Source of the DNA: Octopus bimaculoides
Taxonomy: Eukaryota
Reading direction: 5' to 3'
DNA: 64,000 nt
Assembly (NCBI RefSeq): GCF_001194135.2
Contig: NC_068985.1
Location: 120,417,278 to 120,481,277 of the forward strand
Part shown: in pieces, positions 12,385 to 25,440 of the stretch
Layout of the letters: every line of letters begins with the position of its first letter
How positions within the stretch are numbered: the first letter of the stretch is position 1
Translations under genes and position numbers: made by a program
The notes under the pieces: generated by a model
Told to the model about the DNA's origin: nothing
What the model saw: the letters and a program-made list of their open reading frames with translations, nothing else
Databases searched by the model: none

Positions 12385-13994
12385 CACCAATAAGAAAATG
12401 GAGGGGATGAAGAGGTGGTATTCATTAACNNNNNNNNNNNNNNNNNNNNNNNNNNNNNNNNNNNNNNNNNNNNNNNNNNNNNNNNNNNNNNNNNNNNNNN
12501 NNNNNNNNNNNNNNNNNNNNNNNNNNNNNNNNNNNNNNNNNNNNNNNNNNNNNNNNNNNNNNNNNNNNNNNNNNNNNNNNNNNNNNNNNNNNNNNNNNNN
12601 NNNNNNNNNNNNNNNNNNNNNNNNNNNNNNNNNNNNNNNNNNNNNNNNNNNNNNNNNNNNNNNNNNNNNNNNNNNNNNNNNNNNNNNNNNNNNNNNNNNN
12701 NNNNNNNNNNNNNNNNNNNNNNNNNNNNNNNNNNNNNNNNNNNNNNNNNNNNNNNNNNNNNNNNNNNNNNNNNNNNNNNNNNNNNNNNNNNNNNNNNNNN
12801 NNNNNNNNNNNNNNNNNNNNNNNNNNNNNNNNNNNNNNNNNNNNNNNNNNNNNNNNNNNNNNNNNNNNNNNNNNNNNNNNNNNNNNNNNNNNNNNNNNNN
12901 NNNNNNNNNNNNNNNNNNNNNNNNNNNNNNNNNNNNNNNNNNNNNNNNNNNNNNNNNNNNNNNNNNNNNNNNNNNNNNNNNNNNNNNNNNNNNNNNNNNN
13001 NNNNNNNNNNNNNNNNNNNNNNNNNNNNNNNNNNNNNNNNNNNNNNNNNNNNNNNNNNNNNNNNNNNNNNNNNNNNNNNNNNNNNNNNNNNNNNNNNNNN
13101 NNNNNNNNNNNNNNNNNNNTTGTGTGTGCGTTCGTGTGTGTGTGTAATGATGATTTAAATTCACTATTCTTTTTCTTTTGATAATTTGTTCTTTCCTCTG
13201 TTTATAATTTATCTAATAGGAATATTATAAAACACCTAATAATAGTAATAATAATTTATTCCTTTGTATGCATATACACATGCATATAAACGTATAGATA
13301 TGTATTTATGTATATTTATGTATATGTATGTACATGTAAAAGTGTGTATATATGTGTATGTATTTATATTTATAACTTAACCTTGTGAACTTTCTAAACT
13401 CTCTGACGAAGCCCAGAGGCACACTCAAGTACTTTAATCTTATCTACCAAATACTTCAGTTCACTGAAGGGATGGAAATAATGTGGGGTACTATGACTTC
13501 TTGGCTGAAACAGATGTAAGATATTATTCTACTTCCTATGCTGTACCTTATATATTTTAATAATTACCGGTATTTTTTATATTTTTATATATTATATATG
13601 TATAGCATAATATGTTATACATGTATGTATATTGTTATAATGGTTTTAAAAAAATAAATAAATAAATAAATAAATAAATAGACATAATATAATGTCTACA
13701 AGATGATGAATACCATCCTGTATCTGCGTTGTCCTAGTAGATTCTGCCTGATGTTCACTTCTAAGGAAATATCATCTTGTGGATTACTTGCTGTTTATTT
13801 TATTTCACTGAAACTTTGAGATTTCAGTCCTGTATTTGTATTCTATATCACATAAAGTCCCTGGCTCTCTACATAGTTATTGATTTATGGCATATATCGA
13901 GTATTTATTATTTATTTTACACCTGTTCCTTGCGTTGGTTGTTGCTATTTCATATATATATATATATATATATGTATCCCTCTATCTATCTATC

Positions 13995-14042
<48 letters not shown>

Positions 14043-14052
14043 NNNNNNNNNN

Positions 14053-14105
<53 letters not shown>

Positions 14106-14399
14106 GGTTCTAAAGATGCATATTTGACTTTTCTTTTGTTATATATATACATACGTGCGAGTGAACCAAGATGGTATTTCTTTGCACGATTCCCCCTTAG
14201 TGTGTCTCGCTTTGGATAAGAATTCTATGTTTATTTCGATCCGAATACTTTTAGTGATTCTTTATCGAATTTTGTTATTTCCTCGAATTTTGTTTTGTTG
14301 GCTGGTGATTTAATTTAATTTAGCAGCCTATGCTAATTAGGTATTACTACATATTCTTCTGTTTTTTTTTATATATATATACGTAATTCCGCAATTAAG

Positions 14400-15080
14400 A
14401 AAAAAGAGCCGTCATGTAAGGTGTTGTGTCCAGTTGTTTTACTCGTATATTGTATTATATCACTCTAAACTTTTTATGTTTTCTATATTTTTATTCCTTC
14501 GTTTTTATGTACAACAAACATCCTGATGAAGGGAGTGTCTAATCTCTAATATGAGTACGACACCATATTAATAGACACATCTCAGAAACGGTCCGTAGAT
14601 GTATACTTTTAACTTAAATTTTATATTATACGTTTTTTTTTATCCTGTCCTAATGTACACGTTTTTAATATAATACATGTAAATTTATAACTTCATCATA
14701 CCGTATATATTTACCCATTATATGTTATATCATAATGTACGTTTATATATAGTAATGTTTTAACTTTAATTGTCATATTTTTATACAACTTGGAAATCAT
14801 GCATGTTTATAAATATTTTTTTAATAAATATTTTGAACATTCATGATGTTTCTTAAGTTTTTATTGTTGTATTTGTCTGTCCTTTTACCGTACCTTTTAG
14901 ACACTTTAGAGACTGAATACTATAAATTATTTATTGATTCTTGAAGAAATTGAACACACGTATTATATCTTGCGTTGGACATATGGTATTATTCCTGTGG
15001 TTTTCTACCCTTATGTGTCTATTTTTACTATAAGATGAATTCTAGCTCATGCTGAGCACTTCAACTCTAGCCCGTCTTTA
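14400..15080 (-). mobile_element. possible Penelope-like element remnant
   Basis: CCTGATGAAGGG...CAGAAACGGTCCG terminal-type motif near 14521-14595. Weak minus-strand peptides NARYNTCVQFLQE and VKGQTNTTI recall the Cys motif and YIGQT of GIY-YIG domains. Heavily decayed. Confidence 0.3.
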
Positions 15081-15597
15081 TGTATTGTTATATTAACAAT
15101 ACATAATTATACAAAAATTACAGTATATATATATATATATATATATATNNNNNNNNNNNNNNNNNNNNNNNNNNNNNNNNNNNNNNNNNNNNNNNNNNNN
15201 NNNNNNNNNNNNNNNNNNNNNNNNNNNNNNNNNNNNNNNNNNNNNNNNNNNNNNNNNNNNNNNNNNNNNNNNNNNNNNNNNNNNNNNNNNNNNNNNNNNN
15301 NNNNNNNNNNNNNNNNNNNNNNNNNNNNNNNNNNNNNNNNNNNNNNNNNNNNNNNNNNNNNNNNNNNNNNNNNNNNNNNNNNNNNNNNNNNNNNNNNNNN
15401 NNNNNNNNNNNNNNNNNNNNNNNNNNNNNNNNNNNNNNNNNNNNNNNNNNNNNNNNNNNNNNNNNNNNNNNNNNNNNNNNNNNNNNNNNNNNNNNNNNNN
15501 NNNNNTATACTTTATTTTACATTTCCAATTTATTCATTCACCCCGACCACGAGCTGGCATACAAAGGTGCTTACAATTATCAAGTATTGCCTCTAAC

Positions 15598-15639
<42 letters not shown>

Positions 15640-17020
15640 TCTCCATCGGACTAACTAGTGAAGATAATAAAAACCTTGTTATTAATGTAAGATATTTCCT
15701 AATATATTTCAAAGTTTGCCATAAGGCAACCAATTTGCAACAGTGGGAAGCAAGCTGTTTACATCGATCACCACCACCACCACCACCACCACCGCCATCA
15801 TTTCACTAGAACCTACTTTAACGACCCTGAGTATAAAGAGCAAAGTCGACCTCGTCGGAATTTGAAAGGGAATTTTCTGCAATAGATATCTTATTTTAAG
15901 CATATGTAATCATTCACTTTTTAACAAGAAGCATTAAAGGAGAGTGCATATATCTTACGGAACTACTATATTTCATGCGTTTTGAGTCCGAATCTAATGA
16001 ATCTAATTCAACTAATTTTATTATCGTTGTTACTACTGCTGTTGTTTATGTTGCTGCTTAGCTTTAGGTCAGCGTTGACTGATTCAGCTGACCCATGTTA
16101 GAATGTTGCTGCTGCTTTGTCTGCTTTATTTTGGCTTTTATTATTTTTTTTCAGGAATAGGAATTTATCCTTCGGACTACTTTACAGAACGAATGTAATT
16201 TTTCAAGACAAATATTTCAGAGAATTATTACTGTTAGTTCTATGAAGTTGAAGTCCCTAGACATTGCATGCTGTGTTTACACAGTACACTTATTTGCACA
16301 TATACCTTTTCACGAAGCTGTCTTGATCTTCATAATGAATTATTTTACTCATTATCTGTAAATATTACCGAGACGTATCGCTTTCAGTATTTCTTAAGCA
16401 TTTATATTTTTATATAAACACGCAAGAGACAAAATAAATTCCTCCAATATAATTAAACTATGAGATTATTGTGTCCAAGCCAACAGTTGAAATTATTTGC
16501 CTTTTAAAAGCGCTAGATATTTGATAGCGAAGATAATAATTATGACATCTCTAGGGACATTACACGAAGATTTTAGTTTAGTCATATATTAAAATTAATA
16601 TACTTCTGCAGACAAGTCATAAATTCAACTAGCAAAGTTGAACTTAAATATTCCTTCCAAAATGTAATTTATAATATTCATATTTTGCGAGATTTATGAC
16701 GAAATTCTGTAGAAATTCTAGAGTGTTCCAAGTTTTCAAGTGTGCCCATAGATATGATTGATACATGATATAGATCGACAAATATAACATTTGTTTAATC
16801 CGTTTATGGAAAATATTAAATATCATTTAATCAGTAAATTGCAGACTGAATTCAGCATTTCAGATATATGTCATGGTATCAATGTATATATGGTTCTCTC
16901 CTCTTACTCACTCTTTCTCTGTCTCTTGTGATCGTAGATGTGTGTATAAACATACATACATACATACATACATGCATGCATGCATGCATACATACATACA
17001 TACAAACATACATACATATA

Positions 17021-17054
<34 letters not shown>

Positions 17055-17080
17055 CATACATATATACACATACATATATA

Positions 17081-17938
17081 TCTACTACGTATGTTTTATC
17101 GATTTTAATGAAACTTGACACGTGGAGTAGAACTCATATCTGGAAACCTCATGGCATACTCAGATTGTTGAAAAAAATGATAATAGGGCACCTGGAAGGG
17201 ATCCTTATATAGATATCTCATATATTTTATTTTAAAAACCAAGGGAAATAACCCATTCGCACCTGAAAGGGATCCTTACATATAGCCAAGGGAAATAACC
17301 CATTCATATTCCTAAATTATTTGGTAAAAAGGAAATTGAGTATCCTTATTTCTTATTATTTGACTTGTTAGAGTCATTTTTGCAATTTATGCAGTACAAC
17401 CCTTAAACAAGAAAATAGTATTTTCCTAAACAACAGATACACTTATTTCGGTTAGTAACTTATTCACAAATATGCCACCACTAGTGCACCTGAGGGTAAT
17501 ATTCTCTGGGAATGCACAAAACCATTTTCGCAGTTATTTACTTTGAATTGTTGTTATCTCATATGTGATTAGCCTGTTATTGCATAACATGCTTCACAAT
17601 TTTAGAGTACTCATAACTTATTAGTATTTTCTTCTATGTTCTGTGTTGTCTGGGAATGTATTAAAACAATTTTCCGGGTTACTTTATTTGAATTCTTACT
17701 ATCGGGTAGCTAATTTCATATTACTACAAAAGTGACTTCACAATTTGGGTATTCATAACTTATTGGGAAATCCTAAAAACAAGGCCCTGTGTAAGACAAT
17801 TCGGTATTCTCTGTAAATACACAAAAACTGTGTTAAGGGCTACATACTTTGTATTGTCGTTATTGGATTAGCGAAACAATTAGGATGGAACCAAAGGATA
17901 AGCCCCGCTTTCCCGGGAATTACAGGGTACGTCAGCTA

Positions 17939-17939
<1 letters not shown>
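17081..17939 (+). mobile_element. non-autonomous Helitron with internal tandem duplications
   Basis: Flank A, start TCTACTAC, end imperfect hairpin CCCGGGAATTACAGGG plus 8 nt plus CTAG, then flank T; no target-site duplication. Internal approx. 144-bp repeats (CTTCACAATTT...CATAACTTATT at about 17593 and 17737) and a duplicated CCAAGGGAAATAACCCATTC (about 17239 and 17286). Confidence 0.6.
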
Positions 17940-17983
<44 letters not shown>

Positions 17984-18503
17984 AACAGGTCGTTATGTAT
18001 ACGATCCCGTGAATAAATGTGCATTCATCACACCGGTGCATATCTTCGTGTGTGTGCGTGTGTACTTGAGTATGTATTTATACACACGTACATTAATCTA
18101 CAAACACGCACACGCACAAAATCACACGCATATATAGAAACAGATTTATATACATAAAACGGGTCTCGGTCAGAATTTCCAGTTAGAGTGTTCAAGGATT
18201 TGATCAACTGAGCAATCAAGATAATTGAATTAGATACTAATAGCATCAGTTTTCCACAGTTGTGTAATGAATTTGCTTGACAAAATCGGAGTAATACAGT
18301 ATCGGAATGTTGTACTTTTGAATTACAGGTATAATAAATCCGATGCACTTCATTTCAGTTTTCTCCTACAAAGTTTCACTCAACATATATGATTCAACAT
18401 GAATATATACAAATTGATACTTACCCTTTAGCATAGATAGAATCAAAACCAAGGCGAAATTCTGAACAATTCGGCTGTATTGTATCAGCATGTATACACT
18501 CAC

Positions 18504-18552
<49 letters not shown>

Positions 18553-19374
18553 CCTCTGAAAAGAAAAGTGTATTAAGTTTATGGNNNNNNNNNNNNNNNN
18601 NNNNNNNNNNNNNNNNNNNNNNNNNNNNNNNNNNNNNNNNNNNNNNNNNNNNNNNNNNNNNNNNNNNATATATATAGACATATATATATATATTGTAAAA
18701 TAATTCATCCTATTATTAATTGTGCTGAATTTATTCTGAAAAAAAAAACACATGTACCGAGATGCAATTCGAAATTCCCGCCACTGACACATGTAAATAG
18801 CGATAAACAGTCTTCTTGCTGTAGAAGTAAGGGGCGTATTTTATAATGGTTATTGCGTATCAGTGTCCATATACAACGAAGACAATGTGAACCTTAAAAG
18901 AGAGCAATTCAAAACTTTGAATTGCTCTCGTTACTGTTTAATTGCAACACTTGAGTATTTTTTGCAAGTGGATAAAAGTAGAGGTTGATGTATTATATCA
19001 AAAATGCTCTTCTGAATTTCTCTCGCCGAATGGATCATGAAAAAAATGGATTTTCCTGTAGAGTGTACGGTTGGTATCTGAAGTCACTGCGTTTGACGTT
19101 GAATTGTCGGATATTGGACGAGCTTGTTCCCTCTGAATATTGCTGTGTTTCCTGACTTGTGTGAGAGAAACATATCAGAATTGCTCTTGCATATTTATTT
19201 GTACGAATACATGTATCTAGGTATGCGTGTGTATGGATATGCTTATGTATAAGTATGTATATCTTAGCTCTCTGTATCTGTATATATTTCCTTAGGCAAA
19301 CATATTGAGATCGAAGGGTGATCTCAATACTAGCTATACTCATGTTAACTATACTGCACCCAGCCATCTCTCAC

Positions 19375-19660
19375 GAGGAGGGGGAGGAATTACTTCCTGG
19401 AAAGTTCCAAGGAGGGGCAAATTACTTCTTGAAGAGTTCCGAGGATGTGGGGCGAAAAGTTCCCAGAAGAGGAAGGCGAGTTACTTACTGGAAAGTTCCA
19501 AGTAAAGGGAAGGAGGGGGAGGAATTACTTCCCGGAAACTTCGGAGACTGTGTCTTCCTGGAAAGTTCCGAGGATGAACTAATTCCTGGAAAGTTCTGAG
19601 GGTGAACAACCTCCTGGAAAGTTCCAAGATGGGAAATTCCGTGAAAGGGACTCCCGAGGT
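19375..19660. repeat. degenerate tandem array with core TTACTTCCTGGAAAGTTCC and variable purine-rich spacers
   Basis: About 8-9 cores in 280 bp, directly visible. Function unknown (see findings). Confidence 0.9.
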
Positions 19661-19844
19661 TTTGGTGCCAATTATTTCTAAGTATCTCTCAAGTCTACCA
19701 GTCAGTTGTTTCAATCATGCATTGAGCTAGAGAATGTTTATACTATACTTAAAAAGCAATTTGACCAAAATACTTAAAACACAATTTTTCCAGTTAGATA
19801 GAATAATAGGAGAGTCATGCCCACGTTCTAACGCACACACATAT

Positions 19845-19857
19845 ATTATTAGTATTA

Positions 19858-19911
<54 letters not shown>

Positions 19912-19912
19912 G
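19845..19912. repeat. (TTA)n microsatellite
   Basis: Directly visible. Confidence 0.95.
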
Positions 19913-20193
19913 ATAATAAAACTATGGTATATATATTGATCTTCTACACAAAGGAAGCTATATCCTTTAATTTGCTGCTTTTCTTTACACGAACCGAGAA
20001 TTTACTTTGCGGAACAGTCGTTATTTCAACGAGTTATATAAAATTATTACCCCAAGAGACACATCTACAACGACGGATGCTTCTAAACCAGTTGCTAAGT
20101 ATCCCACCCGTGAGGGATCGATATTAGAAGGTTCGAAATAATTTTAGTGATTAATAAAAATTGTCTTATTTTCCATCATCCGTCTCCCATTAA

Positions 20194-20254
<61 letters not shown>

Positions 20255-20559
20255 CATGCATGTATGTATGTATACGCACATATATGTATGATATCGTATA
20301 TGCAGCCTTTCTTGACTTTACGCTAATTTGATTTATTTCGTGCAACTAGAATTGAGTGGCAGTGTGATATTCTATACCATTAACAGCGCCTTAAAATGAA
20401 AGTTCTGCTGAAAATATACCCGAAACAACAACAAAACCAGGATACCCAACCCAGGAAAATATATAACCAAACTCACTCTATTTTACTCACCCTCTTTCCC
20501 GCCCTCTTTTAAACACTCACACACAGACGCACACATAGACATACACAAAAATACATTTC

Positions 20560-23270
20560 CTCTTGTACCCCAACAAACGTCAGAGCCCTCCGCTGAGGAA
20601 ATATCATCCCACAAGAATAGGGTAAAATTTAGTAAACCAAAAGAAATAATAAAAATTGAAAGACGCGAAAGAAACCACATAATCACAACAGCATCAACGA
20701 AACCACGACCACACCTAATACAAATAAATCCACAACTCCACCATCACCACCATCACCATCACCAACAACAGCAACTTCAGCGAAAAGAAAGCACATACAA
20801 GAGCAGTACCGGCAGACAACCACACAAACACAACTTCAACGAAACACTCCTACCCAAGACTTTGCACTAATAAGTTCAAATATATACTTGATGTCCTTGA
20901 TTGCAAAGAAAGAAAACAAGCATTGAAACAGAGGGAGAAGTCTTTAAGTTCAACACTTTCAAAGTGTCACATAACTTTAAAATAAGACCGGACTTGGAGA
21001 CATAAAAAGTTCAGGGAGAACTTTCCCAACTATCTGGAAGTCCGAACGTAAGGGCCAAAATTAGGCTCTTAAATGACTTCCCAAACGAAACCGAAAACTC
21101 AATGGAGATCGATTCACAGGTCTCAGGGCTCACTCAGTGTTTTTGTTTTTCTTTTCACCTTTCGACGAATGTCTTAGGTCACCCTGGAAGCAGGATGGCC
21201 TACTCAATGACTTTAGGTTATTAAGTATGGATGTGATAGCCGTCACTGGCGTCAGAATTTCCGACACATGTGACTTGGCAATTTTCAGAACTTCACATGG
21301 CAAACGGCCGCGAAGGCCACGAAAGGAAAGAGGAACAAAAGAACACCAGCATCAACAAGAAACTGATAGATACGAACAAATAAGGGAGATGCCTCTGATC
21401 AACAATGCTAAAACACCATCCCCAACCACAGCTAGACTAACAGTGTAGATATCATCCCCATCACTCCGATAATCATCATCGTTATCACAGATACAACCAC
21501 TACGAGCACAACATTTTCATCACAAACCACAACAGAACAAAATTTAATTATCATCAACTACATTGTCGTAAACACGATCAATAAAGCACTAATGGAATAC
21601 ACACACAACCGTACAGGCATCACTCAGAGCAATTTCATCACATCCTCAACCAACATACCTACATTCATAAAAATCATTCAATTAACACAAAACACATGAC
21701 ACAAAACACAATAAAAAAACGAATAACCTGATGGGATCGGAAATTTTACAAGAAATTTTAAGAAAAGATTTTATGGGCACGTGCTCAGTGACATCAGGAC
21801 ACTAAGGTTAGGTGTTATGACTGTCAGTGACATCATACTCACTGATCGACCAGCTTTCATGCCGATTTTTGGTGAATACGAGATTTATTTATTTCCATGT
21901 CAACTGGGAATGGGGGTGCACTGGAGCTGCTGTAACTTTTCGGAAAAGCCTTGATCTGAAGATAAGGGCCATCTTCCTGGATCTAGAAGTTGAGCTGGTA
22001 GTCCTGGATGTGAACAGTAGCAATGGAAGCTCTTTCAGGGTAGTAGCTGTTTATGCTCCGACAGGGGCAGGACAACCGGAATTTTTCAGATGTATGGAAG
22101 TTTTTATGGAAACGTCTCGATCTTTAGGGCTAATGAGTGACTGGAAATCCATCTTGGATTTGATCTGATTTGGTACGGGTTTCCTGGCAAGGAACTGGGG
22201 CGAGGAGTAGAGCAAGGTGGCCAGTCCAACCTGAAAATGGGTCGAGAGAAGGCTACCTCTGAAAGGTCGGGCGGAAATGGCGAACGCTTACATTACCTCC
22301 ATCATATACTATTGCCTGACCGTCATGCTCTAGCTCGGTTTACGTCTGAACAAAATGGAGTGTACTCTCCCGCTTACTGTGGAAGACACGTCTTCTGCTG
22401 ACCAGGTGCTGCAACTGTTGCCAATATCTGCTGAATAGAGGACAGAGCATGCTGTGATTTCTGATGCGCAGACATTGGCGTAGACTACAACATCTCCAGC
22501 GTTTCCGAGATGGTGAGCAGACGTGGTCGTCGTTTATCTGACTCACTTTTCCACAGCTCGTCTCTTTGACTGAACTGTAGTTGTGGATCATGTATAAACC
22601 AATGCAGACTGTGGCTGTCGACGAGAATCAACTGGCTGATCTGTTCTACAGGATTTTCGTGCAGAAGCCTATGGATAATTTGGCCTGGTAGTGGTACTGC
22701 GTTCGGGGGAGCATTAGCGGTTCGCTATAAACAGGCGACTGAACTTCTACACTCTCTCGTCCAGTGCTCGAGTATTGCTGACTTGTGTGTTTATGTTGAA
22801 TACCCACTGTCACGTGTAGGACAGACCTGGTTAAAGGCTGAGTTCATCGTGAATATCGTCCCGCCAACTTCCTTTGACCGGAAAGGACAGGCAGTGTTTC
22901 ATTGCGCGCTGACCTTAGTGAAAGAGGATGACGTGACCAGCTTGAAGAGGCTGAAGATACATTTACCTCCTAGGCCAAGCCCTCATCAACTATATCAAGC
23001 TTTACTTGAAAAGGTGAGTGAATGTCGCAAGAATGGTGCAAGTGAACGGGACAATTCTAAGCATGCGCCTACGATGAAACGAGGGCACTTTCCCCAGTTG
23101 TGGGGACCTCCATAGTTTTGTGAGTTTTTCATGCAGTCTCCCTCCTTTCATGAATTTTTGGTTTTTAAAATTTATTTTGTTGTTTACACGTTCAATTTTA
23201 TGTAACCCCACATTATACTGTACTGACCCCAAAGTTTTGTATGAACTCTTAGCAGTGCATAAAGAAAATA
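20560..23270 (+). mobile_element. decayed, internally deleted L1/Tx1-like non-LTR retrotransposon
   Basis: AP-endonuclease start at about 21165 (CLRSPWKQDGLLNDFRLLSMDVIAVT). Second endonuclease segment at 21770-22165 (AAVTFRKSLDL...FRVVAVYAPTG...LMSDWKSILD). It joins directly to the post-RT region KWVERRLPLKGRAEMANAYITSII, then the C-terminus and a 3' UTR ending ATAAAGAAA. The 20560-21130 part is only tentatively ORF1-like. Confidence 0.85.
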
Positions 23271-23283
23271 TTATTATTATTGT

Positions 23284-23325
<42 letters not shown>

Positions 23326-23504
23326 CGTCGTCGTCGTCATATAATTTGCGCAAAGACCTGTCACTACGGATTTTGCAGGCCTGCCTCGTGTCTAAAAAAA
23401 ATGTCTAATTTTAGTAATCCTGTTATCGGAGTAACGCCTGCACGTATTTTAACCTTAAATAAATCCTTTAAAATAAACGGCTTATTTCCGTGCTAGATCG
23501 CCGC

Positions 23505-23630
23505 AATGTACCACAAGATCTGTTCGGTAGTTCGGGTGAATGGTCAACTATGGGAACCATTCAGCCTCATGCACTCGGTCCGTCAAGGGTGTGCCCTGCG
23601 TCTCTTCTGTATGTACTAGCTCAAGAGACA
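23505..23630 (+). pseudogene. isolated reverse-transcriptase fragment of the L1/Tx1-like family
   Basis: MYHKICSVVRVNGQLWEPFSLMHSVRQGC aligns by eye with LYHNINSIVRVNGFLSKPFCIRRSVRQGC in ORF 31771-32733. Confidence 0.8.
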
Positions 23631-24282
23631 CTGCTGTTGAAATTGTAGGCATTCAGAGGTGTATGTGTGTGTATGTGTATGTTTGTGTATGTGCGTGTGT
23701 GTGTGTATGTGTGCATGTCTGTGTCTGTGTCTGTGTGTGCGTGTGCGTGTATTATCGAAGAGTGTAATAAAATATAACTTGAATTTTCAAATTTAATTAT
23801 ATATCTAGGAAAACAAAATACAATTTCAAATGTTGCCATAAATTTACTGACTATTTTGTTTCTAATTTTAACAAGGCATTTGCAAATATACAAAGAATTG
23901 TTTGCAGTTTCGTTTCAGACTACGCAGCTACCATGCCAAACCATGATATTTTCTCTTCCGCTCGTTAAAATTTAACATTACTTAATGCATAGTAGAATTT
24001 TCTACTTGAGTATAGTGACAAGAAAGTGGATATGTGTACTCTTCGCAAGATTTGCGAACACCTATAATTTCAGGAATACAATTCCACGCTAAAAAGAGCC
24101 ACGTTTATTCAAGATTATTTGTATAGGTTCAACTTCCTTGAAATCCGCTCTAGTGCAATGAAGTTTGTCTTCCACAAAAAAAAAAAAAAAATTGTAAGTT
24201 GACAAATATTCCTAGATCTCTTGAATCCAAGCATTCGACACGTTTAATTTCCGAATTTAAGATCATTGAAATATGCTTTTTA

Positions 24283-24570
24283 TCTTTTATTCTTTACTTG
24301 TTTCCGTCATTAAACTGCAGCCACGCAGAGGTACAAGCTTGAAAGATTTTGGTCGAAAGAGTCGACCCCATTACTTATTTTTTAAAGCCTACTTCTTAGT
24401 TTATCAGTTTCTTTTGCCAAACCGCAGGAACGTAAATACACCAACGTAACACGCCTTATCCCATACACATGTATATACATACACACACGCATGCTCACAC
24501 ACATATATGTTTGTATGAGTGTGTGTGTGTGTGTGTGTAAACAACGAGCTTCCTTTAGTTTCCGACTATA
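24283..24570 (-). mobile_element. degenerate SINE, family 2
   Basis: Reverse complement of the 3' module (TTACTTGTTTCCGTCATT...GTCGACCCC...AAACCGCAGGAACGTAAATACACCAAC), an internal microsatellite and AGTTTCCG. Confidence 0.7.
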
Positions 24571-24574
24571 TAAA

Positions 24575-25440
24575 CTATTTAAGTCATTTTTTGATGGTTT
24601 TACAGTTGATTTCTTGGAAAAATTTTATGGATCTTGGAATCTTTAAAATGTAATTCACATAGAAATAAAAATGCAGATTTTATTCTTCCAACTCTTTATC
24701 AAACCAAACATCACGTCAATAGATTACCCCAAGCCCTGCAGTTTCATTCAGCGGCAAAGGAAGATCTGCGAAAAGCATAATTTCACTGATCCAAGAACAA
24801 ATTTAAACAAATCTGGAAAATAAAAGTTAGTTAGATTTCACTTAAACGCTCAACAAATCGTTCGAGTACTTGGCAATGCAACCATTGTATCTTACTGCAA
24901 TAGCAACAAACAATTGTAAACCGATCCACGTTCATTTACAAGTAAATTAAATTCTTTTTTTACTCACAAGCCTGGAAGGTATCACATTGACTGAAATAAC
25001 TTAAATCACTGCAGGAAAATCGTTAAAGAATTCTTTTGTCATATTTCTTGCTGAAGTAAAGTATAATGGGAAGGAATAAGAAGATGATCACATGCTGGAA
25101 ATTGTTTTAGAAAACCAACATTTCGGTCTACCATAGTGGAAGAACAATCAATCATAACTGACATTTTTCACAAATCTGTCTTACACGAAATATTTTAGCA
25201 CATCCATTTATGTCTTTTCCTGGCGTGTTTTAAGGCAGATTCTCTAACTTAATAAAATTCTCATAAGTAGAGCCTTCGCAATAGTATCGTACAATAACGT
25301 CTAATTGAGCTGAAGTCGTAATACCACTTGTTATAACTAGGCAAATAGAAATAACGAGTTGGAAACTCTTAAGTGTTCTTCAATTGAATTTTCTGTTAGC
25401 ATTAATTTTCATAATTCAAAATGTTTGTGGAGTAAATTTA
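24575..25440 (-). pseudogene. hAT-superfamily (Charlie/Buster-like) transposase remnant
   Basis: Minus-strand peptides ISICLVITSGITTSAQLDVIVRY (cf. FSLALDESTDI...AQL..FVRY), NTPGKDI, IQWLHCQVLERFVERLSEI (cf. RWLSRG.VL.RF) and MKLQG. Multiple stops. Confidence 0.7.

Noticed and set aside
13380-13940. Further Penelope-like fragments (also about 45300-45430, 51730-51800 and 54644-54800)
   Set aside because: Only short CTGA(A/C)GA...GAAAC-type motifs or vague peptide similarity; too weak to annotate.
16155-16194. Possible 40-bp exon (TTTTTCAG|GAATAGG...GAAT|GTAATT; GIGIYPSDYFTER)
   Set aside because: Splice-like signals are common in AT-rich DNA, there is no recognisable domain and no partner exons were found. 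It needs RNA-seq.
19318-19599. ORF resembling a neuropeptide precursor (hydrophobic N-terminus, repeated ELLPGKF)
   Set aside because: The start codon is GTG with an in-frame TGA at 19306. The first in-frame ATG leaves no real signal peptide, and most repeat cores fall in other frames. Kept only as an alternative explanation of the motif array.
19970-20140. Open frame AAFLYTNREFTLRNSRYFNELYKIITPRD...
   Set aside because: About 57 codons with no start codon and no recognisable motif; compatible with chance.
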